DNA from: Moniliella sp. 'wahieum'
Lineage: Eukaryota
Direction: 5' to 3'
Assembly (NCBI GenBank): GCA_003971905.1
Contig: RSEE01000017.1
Coordinates: 372,001 to 436,000, forward strand
Length of the DNA stretch: 64,000 bases
In this document: positions 13,312-26,700 of the stretch, piece after piece
Numbering within the stretch: the first letter of the stretch is position 1
How the letters are laid out: every line of letters starts with the position of its first letter
Notes under the pieces: model-generated
What the model was told of the DNA's origin: nothing
Databases searched by the model: none
The model's input: the letters and a program-made list of their open reading frames with translations, nothing else
Position numbers and translations under genes: made by a program

Positions 13312-13526
13312 GCCGCCCGTAGCTGGTTACATCTACTACTGCATTTCTCAAGCTCTACCTCCTTCATCTCTTTCCCCAAGGAACGGCTGTTCTTTCGTGT
13401 TGCAAGGTTGGTTGCCTGTAGGGAGAATTCCAAGTAGCTTACTCATCTACTACGTTACTAGTCTACTATGCCTCTGCTCCCCCACCACAGTTGCACTCCG
13501 ACTGAAATCACGTAGCATTTTCCATT

Positions 13527-14918
13527 TCACCCCCACTGACGCTGCGGCGGCGGGTCGTTATAGCCTCCTCCGTAAGAGGGTAGCCCCCATACCCGCCCTG
13601 GTAGTTCCCCTGAGGAGCGGCAGGAGCGGGCGGACCTTGGGCCCAACCCGGTCGCCTGGCTGGAGGAGCGCCCGGCCCGGGAGCGGGGGCGGCCCAGTCA
13701 CTCCCTCGGGAACGGGGGGTAGTCGCAGGGCACGGAGGGCAACGTTCGGGTCCGGGGGGGCCAACGCAGCGGCTTGTGGGGTGAAGAGGGCGGCAAAGCC
13801 ACTGTCTTGCGCGGACAGCAGTTGGCCTACCACCCACACATTTCCACCATCGTGGCTGGCCGGCCATAGGAGAGTTGAAACCGGTACGCCAGCTGTGACA
13901 GACAGGCCACATCCGACGGATCAAACTTGCTTCGGTCAAACCCTGCAAGACTCATGTCCCCTGGCGCCGGGGGCGGCGCATGTGCCCCCTGGACCAACGA
14001 GGTGAGCATGGCTAGCTTGTTCGTGTCTAGGGCAGAAGCCGGCGCGGGGCCGGCGCAGCCGCAGCCGCAGGAGCACCGGTTTAATCAGGGCCGATAGATT
14101 GGCCAACACGCTGGCCGTGTTCTGTGAAGTGAGGGGAGCAGAAGCGGGAGCAGGGGCAGAGACTGACGCTGGAACAGGCGCCGGTAGAGGGTGGCCATAT
14201 GTAGGCGTCTTCTGAGCGGGAGGAGTGCCAGGGGCGTCTTCCCACTCGCTTTAGCTAGCAGCGCAGCCACGCTGGCGGGCAACGCAGCACCTGATGCAGC
14301 TGGCGCAGCTGGCACAGGCGCAGGCGCAGTGGCTGGGCCTCCTGTCGAAGGGGGCGGGCGAAGGGGTGGTGCTCCGTTCCTGGCTAGGCTCGCTATCCTT
14401 CACTGCTTGCTCTATCGCCGCCGTCGCCGACGGCGAGAACATATCTGCTTTTTCCCAGATCTCGAGCACCTTCTTAATCTTATCCTAAGGGAGAGGAAAA
14501 GGAGAATGTTAGTTAGAAACGGCAAGAATGGGGAGGGGACACAAAACGTACGTGTTGCGCGGGGTTGTTTTGCAGGGTAGCGCCGACCACCTTGGCAACG
14601 ACAGTCTCCAGGCGCTGAATCCAGGTGCGGGCCAACGCAGGAGGGCTGTTCGGCAGGGCGAAGGCCCACCCTGCTTGGACAAGTTGGAAGCCTGACGGGA
14701 CACGGCATCAAGCAGGTACAAGCCACTGACAGTGGCACGGGGTTTTTTTTGTCGAGCTGAGGGCCGACGAGAACGGCGGTGAGCTCATCGGGCTGCACGT
14801 AGCAGGCCTGGCTTAGCTCCTTGGCACGTTCCGCTGTATTGGCAGACAGCTTATTGTTCGCCGCCGTCTCCTCGGCCAGCGTGGCCAGCTGCGTAAGCTT
14901 TTGATCGACCGACGACAT
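13527..14918 (-). CDS. RNA pol II CTD-interacting domain (CID) protein, Nrd1/Seb1/SCAF-like N-terminus
   Basis: N-terminal KLS.., LYLLDAVSRQA and DKIKKVLEIWEKADMF match a CID fold. Intron ~14486-14552. Pro/Ala/Gly low-complexity tail. Frameshifts present. Confidence 0.7.
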
Positions 14919-15333
14919 GCCTACACGTCCAGACTCTTAGCCTCGATCAGATGGATGGTGGCTGCCACTCAAGTTGGCGTTGTTGCAGACCGCGAGAAAG
15001 ACCCGCAGTGCAAATCTAGCCTTGAACTGAAGGCCGGCTGGTTAACCCTACTGGTGCTCCATTCCGCTGGGCGGAACGCGCCGCAGGATGATCGCTGTGT
15101 CTCTCAGGCTTAGCTTCATCGATCATCGATCATCCCTGTTTAGATCATCCATCACTTTGATCACTCCCCCATAAAATTAGGCCGGTCACGCGCACGCGCA
15201 CCTGTCACGCGTTCACGTTCAACATTGCTCTTGTACTTTGAATGTTGAAGGCCTGGAAGCGGAACCCGTGTTCCGCCCGCGGCAGCTGGCTGAAGCCCTC
15301 TAATCTGGGGGTAATGGCCTGCTCATCTAGGCT

Positions 15334-16904
15334 ATGACCCACCGCGTCTCCGTCTCGCCCGCCCCGACCGAGCCGTTGGCCTACACCCCTCCTCCCATGC
15401 GCGAAGAAGGCGAGCTTGAGGAACCCAGCGGGCTCGATGCCCTCGCAGCCCTTGCCGCCGCTCCCCTCAGCCATGGCTCATCCGACATGAGTGAGGAAGG
15501 TCGCATCCCGGATGGCCGTGACGATTTGTCCGATAGCGACAACAACCCGGACGCCGACGAGCCGGACGGAGCCGGACCAGGAGCCGGACCAGGCCGGACC
15601 AGGAACAAGAGGACGCTGAAAAGGATGATGAGGGCAATGGGGACGCTACCCCAGCGGTATCTCCGATGCCTCTAGTCCTAACCCCATTGCAACTCTGGGC
15701 TCGCTTGGCATTGTGCCACCTTGATGCCTGATCCAGCTGCGAAACTCAAGACCTCACTTTGTCAAACGCGACAGGTGTAGAAGACCTCGAGGAGCAGGAA
15801 CAAGACGAGGACGAAGATGAGGAAGACGAGGAAGAAGAAGAGGATGACGATGACGATGATGACGAAGAGGCGGTGGCCCGGCGTGCGAAGGCCCGAGCGG
15901 AGCGGAGAGCATCGATGCTGCAGGCCAAGAAGGAGGCTGAAGAGCGGCCGCCAAGGAGAAAGAGGAACAGGAAAAGGCTGATCAAGAAAAAGAGGCTAGT
16001 CTCAAGCGCGCGAGGGAAGAGGCGGACGAGGAGGAAGGGCCCCATAAGCGCTTGGCCGTCGTCCTGGAGGATGAGGGCGAACGTGGGACCCCGGCCACTG
16101 ATACGCCCGCAGGAGAAGAGGGTAGGTGCCCCATCTTTTTTGCTGCTGGGTTGGCTTGTGCTGACCGATACAGATACAGGCGCCGATGAGCTGGCTGTCA
16201 AGCGGCAGGAAGCACTGGATACGCTGACGGGGATCGAGGTGGACTTTGCGGCTCTACGGGACCGACTGTATGAAGAACGCATGTCCGAGGCAGCGCAGGA
16301 GGCACTCTTGCTCTATGAGGGCACCCACCCAGAACTGGTGCGGATCGGGTCACTGATTGAGCAGCGCCGGGCCCATGCGCGCGAAGTTACGCTGGCTTGG
16401 CAAACGCTTGTTACCGCAGAGCTGGAACGAACACGTGCCGCCCACCAAGAACGGATCTGGTCTTCCTGGCGTGCCGAATTGGCCGACCTGCGGACCAACA
16501 TGCTGGACGCGACGATGCGCAAGCGGCGACAGATCGAGCGCGAGCGACGAGCGCTCGATCGCGCCGCCGCGCTGCAGGCCAACCCGCCAGGGCAGGGCAT
16601 GGAGTACGAGCTGGCGATTGAACGGGAGCCAGCGACCGTGGCACGCGCATATGCAGCGGCCGCGGGCTTCCCGCAAGCAGGGCCAGAGGAGGAGAACGGG
16701 GCGGAAGGCGGGCTGCTGGCGTATCCTCTGCCGCGCGGGCTGGATGCAAATGTGGCGAACGACCTGGCGCAGGTGGGGCTGCTTCCGCCGCCAGAGCCGC
16801 TGCCGGAGATGGAGTACGAGTATGCGCGCTTTGAACGCCGCTCGCCTCCTCGCGCATATGGGGGCGGTGCAGGCGGGTACAGCGAGGGCTACTGGGGCGC
16901 TTAG
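15334..16904 (+). CDS. Sds3-like family protein (Dep1/Sds3, Rpd3L HDAC subunit)
   Basis: Acidic N-terminal region, then KRQEALDTLTGIEVDFAALRDRLYEERM..EGTHPEL and RKRRQIERERRALDR. Intron 16122-16179. Confidence 0.85.
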
Positions 16905-17258
16905 ACGCGCAGGAATTGGATTGTTAGAACGCACACGCAACGCACCCAGCTGCCGGCCGTCTCGGCTGGGCCGCAGCCACCGGCTGGCACGCATCGTGCT
17001 TGTCGCGTGCTGATGCACCCGTGCAGCAGCTCATGCACTCATGCCCCGGTGCACACGGCGCGCAGGCGCTCCGGTGCTCAGGCGCACGTAGGCATGGCGC
17101 ATGACGCGTGACAGCTGTGCTTCCGGGATGCGTGACAGACGCTACATGCTGTAGACTTATATATGCTCCAGGTAGCCTGTATGCCCCTCCTCCACCCCCC
17201 TTGCCTCCCTCCACCTCCACGCTCTTTCCGCGCCACACTCGCCTGCCCCTCGCCTGCC

Positions 17259-19443
17259 ATGGACACCACCGACACCGACACCGACGCGCTCCTCCCCATG
17301 CTCATCCGCCTGCCTACATCGTCCCCCACCCACCACCCTCCCACCACTTCGTCCCACTGCCCCAGTACGCCTCACCATTGCGCTTCGCCTCAGCCCCCGC
17401 CCCATCCGTCGCGGCCCTGCTCACCCTCGCTGCCCGCGGGATACCAGTCTGCATCCCTGTCTCCGTCTCCGCCCTCTCCCCCACCCCGCGTCACGCCTGC
17501 CCACCAACAATCTGCTCTTCGACCCGCCCCAGCACACTCCATGGTGCACCCGCGACGTCCGGGGTTCCAATTCAACACAATGAGCGACGCACCATCGGGG
17601 GCATCCCCCTCCCTTTCTCGCCTTGCCTCTGACTGGGCCTTTTCTGATGGACGCTCAGACTTGATGGTTCCCTTCGGCAGCCCTCTTTTCCCCTGGAGCC
17701 GCACCCCCCTCTTCGACCTCAACTAGCAGAGATCTGGCCAGCAGAATTAGCTGTCTCTCCCTCTGAAAAAGGAGTAACCATAACCCCCTCAAGGATCTAT
17801 ATCGACGTATGCTCCCGCGCCGCCGTCCCCCCCCCCCCTCCCCAAACCACGGTGGAAATACTAACCACGGACCAGTTGGATGAGCAACATACGCCACGGA
17901 ACGCTTACTTGCTTCGCCCCCTGGCAGGAACCATCACATCCTTCGCCCACCCAGCGGGGTCTCTCCCAAAGTTCTCCGTTGTTGTCCCATCGCTTCCAGA
18001 GGCCCCGTTGTTCACGGAAGTTATACCAAAAACGCAAGACACTCCAACTGAATCGGTTGAGCGCGTTGTTCAGCAAGCTAGTTACTTTACCCGTTCACAT
18101 GGCCGAGCTATCGCCCGTCTCATTGGTACAGAGGGGGGGGCGAACAAGAAGTGGCGAAAATCTTACTCGACATTGCGGCTGGCTCAATGGAACCAATAGA
18201 ATCCAAACCGGAACGAATGTCTTCCTTTACACCGAGGCGGGCCGGACGCAAGGCCTCTGCCCAGAAGGTCAAGTCCGATTCGAGTGGGCGTAGACCCGCT
18301 AATGCGCGACGCAGCCATCCCATTCCACCCCCCCTTGTGTCTCCTTGACAATCGCCCCTGTACGCACTGCAACGGAGAAAATCGATCTCTTTCCTGAACG
18401 GAAGGAGTGGATGCGGTTATTCCCTGATAACATGCCACTCTTGACACTATGTCCCAAGTTTTACATACGGTACCCTGTTCCCACCATGCTCTCCACCTCT
18501 CCCGCATTGCCAGAACTCATGTTTCCCTCAGCGTCTCTGCGAGATACCTACTTTCACGCTCGATCGTCACCCTGAACGGGGGCGAGGCTTGGAAACGACC
18601 TCGTCATCTGTTTGATCTCTATACACCCCGCCTCTTGCAAGGAAATGGACGCGAAAGGGCGGGACTCTGTCCTATTGGTACGTGCCTCCCTGTGGTGTGA
18701 TAATTATGAGTATACCACTCAGATTGACGGTGGTGTGTGTATCTATAGCTATGAAGAAGGGGTCGAGCATTGGGCCAAAGTACGTTTTGCCCCCTTTGTG
18801 TATGGGATGGTGGGCAACGCTGACCTAGTGACGGGGGGGGGGTATGGAATGGGGTGTAGACTAAAACGTCCAACTACAACTATCACATGTTGTATGTCCA
18901 CGGCATCAACTCTGCAACTGGGTTACCCTTCTACCCTCCTACTGCTTTCCGCAAGTCGCCCCGCCCCTTCTCTCGTCGAGGAACAAGGCTGAAGTCCTCC
19001 AAGGCCAATGTACGTTCTTTCTGATTCCCTTCACGTCTTCCAGCTCCTTAACCACCGACCCCCTACATAACAATATGCTAGGCTCTACATGCAAGCAGTG
19101 TACGTTCCTTCTCCCTTTTGGCTATCCGTTAATGTGTCTGACATCCGCCCAACAAGGGATCGACATTGAGAGCATTCGTCCTTGCCAGGTCAAGGTCCCG
19201 GAGATTTACTGGTGGAAGCATGCTCAGCAATGCCAAGGAGTTTACAAGACCCTCACCTTGGTGGAAGCAGTACAAGAGCTACAAGTTTTTGATCCTGAAG
19301 ATCAGGTCCGTCCTTCCTTTCTCTCCTTTTCTGGTATATATTGGTACGCGAGGACTGACATTGAGACGAAGCTCTATCTCCGCTACCTCGAGTTTATTCA
19401 GACCGCGGAGGACCCTTTTGAGGGGGAGGCCGTTGAGAGTTGA
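17259..19443 (+). CDS. Rua1 C-terminal (DUF4451) Cys/His domain transcription regulator
   Basis: DLYTPRLLQGNGRERAGLCPI, KTSNYNYHMLYVHGINSATGLPFYPPTAFR, IDIESIR..VKVPEIYWWKHAQQCQG. About 6-7 short introns. TATATA at ~17158 upstream of ATG 17259. Confidence 0.8.
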
Positions 19444-21888
19444 GAGGTGTGAGATGTGAGTATTGTAGTCATCTTCTCTCTTCTCTCTTCACTCCTTTCC
19501 AAAACCGCAACACGAAGGTTGATGTGTTTCGTTCGTCTCGTTTTTTTTTATTCTTCCGTTCGTCCGCCATGGTTGAGCACGTTGAGTACAGTTGCGCCTC
19601 TTGATTTGGCTGTCTCCATTCCTGTTCTCATATACAGAGTGTTGCAACTGTTTCCTATCCCTCAATAATGTTGAATTGGTCACATTCTAGCTTGCCATAT
19701 AAGGTCTCCCTCCCTCTGTGCGGACATAATCGAGACACAATCGCAATAGATTGAGTGAAGTGTAGCGACGTCCTCTGGTATGAAGATCGCCCATAACGCG
19801 TAACGTGATCAGAGGCCGGAGGGGGGGGCGAGTCGAGACAAAGTCAGGGAATGTGGCAAGGTGTCGTCAGCGGGTCAAGAAGCAAGAGCCGAGGACATGG
19901 AGCAAACCAGCAGAACAAGGAAACAACGAGACGCTCGAGACGAAGAAATTGGAAATGGGAACGGGAACAGCCAAACTATGACATCAAGATGCATATGACA
20001 TGATGTGCCGCATGAGGCATATGCGAAGAGGACCTACAACACTCCGTTAGCTGATGAAGGTGTTTGTAGTCCCGGTAGTCAGAAGTGGAGGAGGGTATAA
20101 CTGTAAGGCCAAGTGTCAGGGGAGGAACAGAAGAAAAAAGAGACAACTCGGTGGTGTGGCCCAGGAAATGAAAGAATATAGCTCCATCAAACGATATAGT
20201 ATAGTTTGGCACACCTGCCTGTGAGGGGCCGGTCACCTGATCGGCCACAACAGTATGTGTATAGGTTTTAGAGCTTTTATATCGCCTCATCGATCATCAT
20301 TCTCGTGCGCACAACACACGGGAGAAGCATCAGTTGTTCCCCGATCTGTCAGTACGATGGCGGGAGTTATACACGAAGACACGAGAGCGCCAAACACCGT
20401 GTTTTGGAAAAAGTTGATGTCACATGTCAGGTCACATGACTGCATGACCGTCAATGTTAAGCGTAAAGAGGAGTATTCGCACAGGTTATCCCTACTTACA
20501 ACACCCTAACAATGACCACTAGGGTGCATGCGGAAGCGACTAACAGCAGGGTCCATCACAGAGGGCGTCTGGGGAACCGTCCGGGAAGAAGAGCAAAAAG
20601 CCTCTCTGCCCGTACTTTAGATGTGCCGCTGCACCCCCCCTTTCCTTTTCTCTATGTGTGCCATGTATCAAACAAAGCCATTATACCATCAGTGATCGAT
20701 CGAATGATCCACTGACTGAGCCCTGCACCAGCACCATCAATACATCAGCGCTCAGGCTCTCAGCCTGGGCCTTCCATGCCGCCCGGTCCGCGGCATATGC
20801 GCGGCGCCAACATACGCTATACCCACATCCCGTACTTTCCGCGGGGTTCCATCAGCCTCGTCTGTTCATCGAGTTCATCGATCATCTCGATCATTCCCGG
20901 TTGTCAACTGCCCCCCAAAACAGGCGAGTACGCCTCCGCTCGTTCTGGAATGTTATGCACGTAACAACATCCCAAGTCTCGCTCTTCTGCTGGTCTTCTG
21001 CCCTGTCCCGCCTCGACTACATGGAAGCGGCTATTGATATACGAGAAGCAGTGACTAGTGAAATGCTTGAAGCTTGAAGCATATATGAAGACGCAGAGGC
21101 GAATGGCTCTGGCTGTTCTTGGATGAGCATGGTGGTGTGTGTGATGCGGGCCACGCACGCGACCGGCGGTTTAAATGCCTTAGCGCATCAGCGGCTGAGC
21201 CCCCCTGCTCCTAGTGGGATTGTCGAAGATGGTAGGGTGTGGCAAGGTGTGGCTTGCGGCACATGTCACATGTCACATGCAACACCGCTGCATGTTGCAG
21301 CTCGGAGTAGGCCGGATGAGTCACACAGAGGCCAGGCGGCCGTTGTTTCGGGCCCAGCCTCAGCGCTAGGCCGAGCAGGGAGCCTTGGAGCTCTTGAATC
21401 CTTGAAGCTTGAAGCTTGAAGCGTGCTTGATGCTTGATGCCCGGTGCCCTCCTCAGGCGGCCTGACCTCAGGGGTTTGAGGTTCTCAACAGCGAAATGCT
21501 CCACACCCTACTCCACCTCCTTTTTCCACCGTGCCGCTCGTTCCGACTGCGATACCTTCGATTTACCCTTCCGCTTTGTTAACATCTGCCTCCTCTACCA
21601 TGTACCAAGTTCTTGGCATCCATGTGGAATATGAACCCCCGCACCACGCATCGCGTGCAACGCGTCACGCCCCGCGCGATCTGAGTGAGATCTGAGAATC
21701 AGCACGACGCGTATGATGCGAAAAGGGGCAGATCGGCCTTCTTCTATACGCAGGTCCGTGCGGCGAGTGTGTAGGCAAGCGGACGCGCGCGGACGCGCGA
21801 ACCAGTTTGATCCAGCATGAGTGCATGCGTAGTAGTGGGCTAGTAGTGAGGCTGAGGAGGCTTTTGTGGGGACCTTTTTGGTGGCAGG

Positions 21889-21954
21889 TCACCGGTCACC
21901 GGTTACGCGTCACGCGTCACGCGTCACAGGTCATCGATCATCACAGATGAGTAC
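21889..21954. repeat. 7-bp-phased TCA/TTA + palindromic-tetramer array
   Basis: TCA-CCGG-TCA-CCGG-TTA-CGCG-TCA-CGCG-TCA-CGCG-TCA-CAGG-TCA-TCGA-TCA, then TGA-GTAC. Confidence 0.9.
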
Positions 21955-22171
21955 TGGTACTGGACTGTCTAGGATGTGAGAGAAGAAAGTCGCGCTAATT
22001 GCAACTGACGGGGGGGCTCAGCGGCTCAAGCGTTCGCGCAGGCGCACGGCCCCGTGGCGTGAGTAGGGCAGCATTTGGAGTCTCTAATCTAAGCCTGGCT
22101 GATCGCCAAGTCAGGGGTCCGAGGAAACATCTGTAACTCATTGATGCGCTGCGCGCACTCCGAAATTCACG

Positions 22172-22205
22172 TTAACGTTTAACGTTGATCATCGATCATC
22201 GATCA
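22172..22205. repeat. 7-bp-phased palindrome array
   Basis: TTA-ACGT-TTA-ACGT-TGA directly followed by TCA-TCGA-TCA-TCGA-TCA. Confidence 0.88.
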
Positions 22206-22345
22206 CTCGATCACGTTGATCCAGCCGTCCGGAGCACTGGACCCTACTGCGAAATACTACGTGCACCAATCCATCATCATGCATCACAGTACTCAATTCG
22301 TTCGGTACGTTCAGTGCAATCCGTCGCACGCCGGGGCAAATGTTC

Positions 22346-22373
22346 CGGCCGGGGTGCTTCGGCCGGGGTGCTT
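22346..22373. repeat. 14-bp direct repeat x2 (CGGCCGGGGTGCTT)
   Basis: Two exact adjacent copies. Confidence 0.8.
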
Positions 22374-23736
22374 CCAAAAATTAAAGCGATGCTACATGTC
22401 GCATGTCGGAGGCCTCAGCCTGAGGCTTCTCTGCTACAGTATACCATTGCCGGCTCTAGGCCTTTGGTATTACATCCTGGACCTTGTTCGGTGCAGATGA
22501 GCGCTCTCAGATCTCAGATCTCACAGGGGCTGAGAATCAATCAATTGTTACATGTTAATAAGCTTTACGCCAAGGCTTGTTGTATTAACGCTTTTTTGCA
22601 ACAAAAGCGATTCATTGACAGCACGCGCAAATGTATGCAGAAAGTAGACTTTGAGGGTTGCGGGTTGCCCGATTCGACATGTTTCTTCCCTCTCTATACA
22701 CCGCTTCTGCCCGATGCGCAGGAGTCCTTTTAACGCCTTAGCCTGAGACCCCCGTTGCCTATTTCCCGAGGCTCCAAATCTTTCGAACTCTTTGATCCAC
22801 CTCTATAACCGCTTGTCCTACGTCTACAGGGTGGATTGAATCCCATAAACTATGTGTGGTCCCACCGCCAGGCATTAGGCCGTTTATTAGGCCTGGCCAC
22901 AGGCCTTACTGTTGAACGTTGATTCGTGATTTGAGGGGCCTCGGCGCCTCAGCTTGAGAGGCCGACCAGATCCCAGAGGGAGTTGGGGGATTATCGATCA
23001 TCGATCATCTGATCGATGGTCATCGATTGGGCTCGTGACATGCGACAAATGACATGATGACACACAGATAGGGTGCAGGGTATGCTGTCTGTCGCAGCAT
23101 ACACGCCATATGCATACGCGGCCATATGACCCCGCAACGATGGGGTGGGTACACTGAGTACTGGGGACTCCGAGTACTGAGACGCAGGACTCCGTCCAGG
23201 GGGGGCTGCGGCTGTGTATTTGCCTACGCCAACCCAGGTGTTCCGACCACCGTCGGCGACATGCGGCTGCCGGTTGCCGAGCGCCGCGGTGTGAGACTGG
23301 TGCATATGCGTCAACGATCGGGGCCCAGCGTGCAGCAGACATGAATATTTGAATCGTTAGTAACCCGACAACTGGCGATGGTGTCCGAGACACAACAGGG
23401 CAGCCGGCTGGGCGTTGGACCCAGGCGGTGGATCGTCGGACCAGCAGCTGGGCAGGCGGATGCGCGCAGCAGGCGCGTGTCGGTCCCAATGCGTGCTGCA
23501 GCACAGCACGGCGCCTGAATGCGCCTCCCGGCCCCAGTGCTCCTTCCCAAGCCAGAACGCGTGTCCAGCTCGGTGGGCAGCACACCAGGGTCTCCACAAC
23601 CCCCGGAGCATCAACAGCCGCGCTCCTGTGTTCCGCGCCTCTAGCCTTCGGCATCCAGTGGCCATTCCACCCAGTTTGCCTCTTCCCTTTCCTACGGCGT
23701 CTCGTCCGCCATCTCTTTTGCAGCACTGCAACCACC

Positions 23737-26700
23737 ATGGTCCTTCCTCTCTGGCGCTCACGCTCCCAAGCGTTCTGGAGGAAACGCGATGCTCCTTCCG
23801 CGGCCCCAGCTGCCACCCCACCCTCCACCCCCAGTCCGCCTCAGACGACAGAGGTCCGCAAAGCACCTACTAGGCGCAAAACGCTGATGCGCCCAGGAAA
23901 TCCGCACCCGACTGAACCGTCGTCCTCATTGCAGTCTCCAACAGAGGGTGAGAAGAAGGAGCGCCGCCATTCCTTCTTCCCTCGCTCCATCCGATCTCGG
24001 TTCTCCCTATCCAGCCAAACCTCCGTCGACGACAACCCTGCCGGGACCGATTCCCACGTTGTCTCGACCCCAAGCGGGAAAGCTTGCCAGCATTGGACAT
24101 CCAACTGCCACCAGCTGACGTGGCACCGGGTGGACTCGTGTCCCATACCCTGCCTTCCGCTCCCAGCGATAGCGATAGCGGCAATGGCAGCGGTACTGGT
24201 AGTTGCACTGACAACTGCAGTAACAGTGCCGCCTCGGAATCAGATTCATCCGCCGCCTCGTATGAGGAGGGAAACAGTCTCTCTCACCTCTCTTCCCCAT
24301 GCAGTGGTGTATGCCCATCTCTGCCCCCTCTGGACCTGGCATCGAATTCAAACGCGCCACTAGTCGAACTTCCCCAAGCCATTTCCGTTGCCGGACCTTC
24401 CTCCGCACGCATGCCACATCCTGTGACGCCTCCACGGACCCATTTCGGGACTGAGGACACCAGGCCTCCCGCTTTCACTGCTCCTGAACGGAGACATTTG
24501 CCCCTTGCGTCTACCACAGCGTGGTCCGACAATCCGATGTCTTCAAACTGGAGTTGCACCAACGAGGTGGCCAGTGGCCTTGTTGGGCCCCCCTCCCAGC
24601 ACGATGCCGCCGAAACTACCCCCCGGCCTCACCCAGATCGGGAACGACCACTGTAGGCGGACAGGCGGACTCGTTCCCATCCGGCGTACCGTCCAGCCCT
24701 TGTGAAACATTGTTTGCCCATGGTGTCGAACCCACCAAAGAGAATTCTTTGCCTGCTATGGCCTGGTGCGTCATGGAGTCAGCCCTGGGAAAGTTCCGTC
24801 ATGCCACCCAGAGGCAAGATGCAGGGAAGCGCACCTTTGAGCGTGCTAAAATCCTGCGCATGGTGCTCGAACCGTTTTTGGAAATGGAGCAGCAGCGCCC
24901 CCTGGTGCGTCCCGATGCAAGCACCTCTACCTCAGCTCCGGTCAGTGCCAGTGGCAGTACAAGTGATCTAAGCTCCGTATCCGTCTCGCCCACTCTGTCG
25001 TCGGTCACGCTCGCTCCCATGACACCGGTATCCCCTGCGCTCTCGCTTCCTCCGCTCACGCCGCTATCCAAGTCCCACTTACCGTTGGATGGGTTCCGTC
25101 GATTCCGAGAGGGAAGCACCCGTCGTGATCTCCTCTTTGCCTGGATTGACGAGCTGATGGTTGCTGTGCAGGTGGCTCATGTCCAGCAGACCGGATCGCG
25201 ATGCTGGAAATTTGTCTGGTTCTTGAGGCACGCAACTTGAGCATTTTAGCGCTGGATGACCATGAATCGCAACGGTTCGTCGATCGTCTTACCTGCCTCG
25301 AATACGCCATCCATGAGATCAACAAGAAGGGCGTCTACCACAGCAACATTGTCTTTGCAGGTCGATTGCTTGCCTTGGCTCTAGTTCGCATCCCTGGCGT
25401 AGCAGAAAAAATTCTCACCAATTTGCCCATCACTCGGCAAGTGCTCCAACGTATGGCCAAGGAGGCCCAATGGGAAGATCTGCGTCCCCGAGGACAAGAA
25501 TGGGACAATTTCTCTCTCATTTCCCCCCCTACCTCCGCCCCTTCTGCTTCGATGACGCACGTACATATCTCTCTCGTGTGCCCGCCCTGCGTCCACCACG
25601 GGACCCCGATGAAACACGTGTTCGCTCGGAAGAGGTGTACTTGGTACGCAACAAGGGCAGGGGAATCGCCATGAAAGGAAATTGGCTCAAACGGTTCCAA
25701 TCCGACGACTCTGAACTCATTTTCATTTTTCCGCAGCTTCCACCGCAATCTTGAGCGCCTCGTTCGCACTCACCTCCACTGGGATCAAGACCTTTTCTTT
25801 GGTGCACCCGGAATGGCTCATATCGCGTCTCTGATCCAAAGCAAGTGCCTCGCTCTCGTACACCGTTCTCTTACCTCTGTTACTACTCAGCACATGGCCG
25901 ACACTACCTTGTACGTTATCCCTTCCCTTGTTCCTCGTTTTCAACTGTGGACTACTATTGAGACTGACGAAAACATATTAGCATTCCGGGTGATACGGCC
26001 AACGTTCTTGGGCAGCACAAATGGCAAGCCAAAGGAGCTCGAGGCAGCGACACGCAGATGTGTGGCAGCGGTGTTGGACACGGTTACCTTTGGTGACCCG
26101 ATCAGCAGTAAATCGCGCACCCTCTTTCATGCCCGCTATCCAATGGCACCTTGCTGCTTTGGTCCGTGGCACTTCCCTGTACGATGTGCAAGGTGTCTTT
26201 TGTTTCTTTGACTGGGCCGATGTACTGTTGGAAAACTTGATGGGGCTCCCGTTCCAAACTCGGGAAGTGCTGGACCTTTCGTTTGTCATCAGCATTGCGC
26301 GGCGTATCTTACAAGAGACGGATCATACTGTTACCCTCATTCGCACTCTCGCATTCCTCTACTCGCACTTTGGTCTCTTGGTCGCCACGCCTTGCTTACG
26401 GGAGGACATTGCTGACCACACCCTTCTCCATCGCGACATCTTTTCCAAGCTCCTCCTCTCCTGGTCCCCTACCGTCAGGGCCTATTTCCTTCACACCCTT
26501 GTCTTTCGTTTTGGCCATCTCACCGACTTCCCTCTCTCGGATCCAACAAGGGAAGCGACAAAACCAACTCTATGCCTTTTGCATCGACGCCTGGAAGAAG
26601 TACGCTCCCGCTACCTGTACTTGGCTTCCGCGGCTGTGGAAAGCAGTACCAATAGCACCACTGCCGTCTCCCAACCAACCACGCTCGCCAACTCACCCAA

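Noticed and set aside
21889..22523. Synthetic polylinker or vector contamination (dense AgeI/MluI/ClaI/BglII/HindIII-type sites)
   Set aside because: The sites are reiterated, often imperfect and scattered over many native intergenic regions with no vector features, so they look genomic.
22998..23873. Several long overlapping ORFs (e.g. 276 aa on the minus strand)
   Set aside because: They are GC-rich shadow ORFs with no motifs, overlapping the promoter and 5' end of the DUF1765 gene. The same applies to most ORFs in the track.
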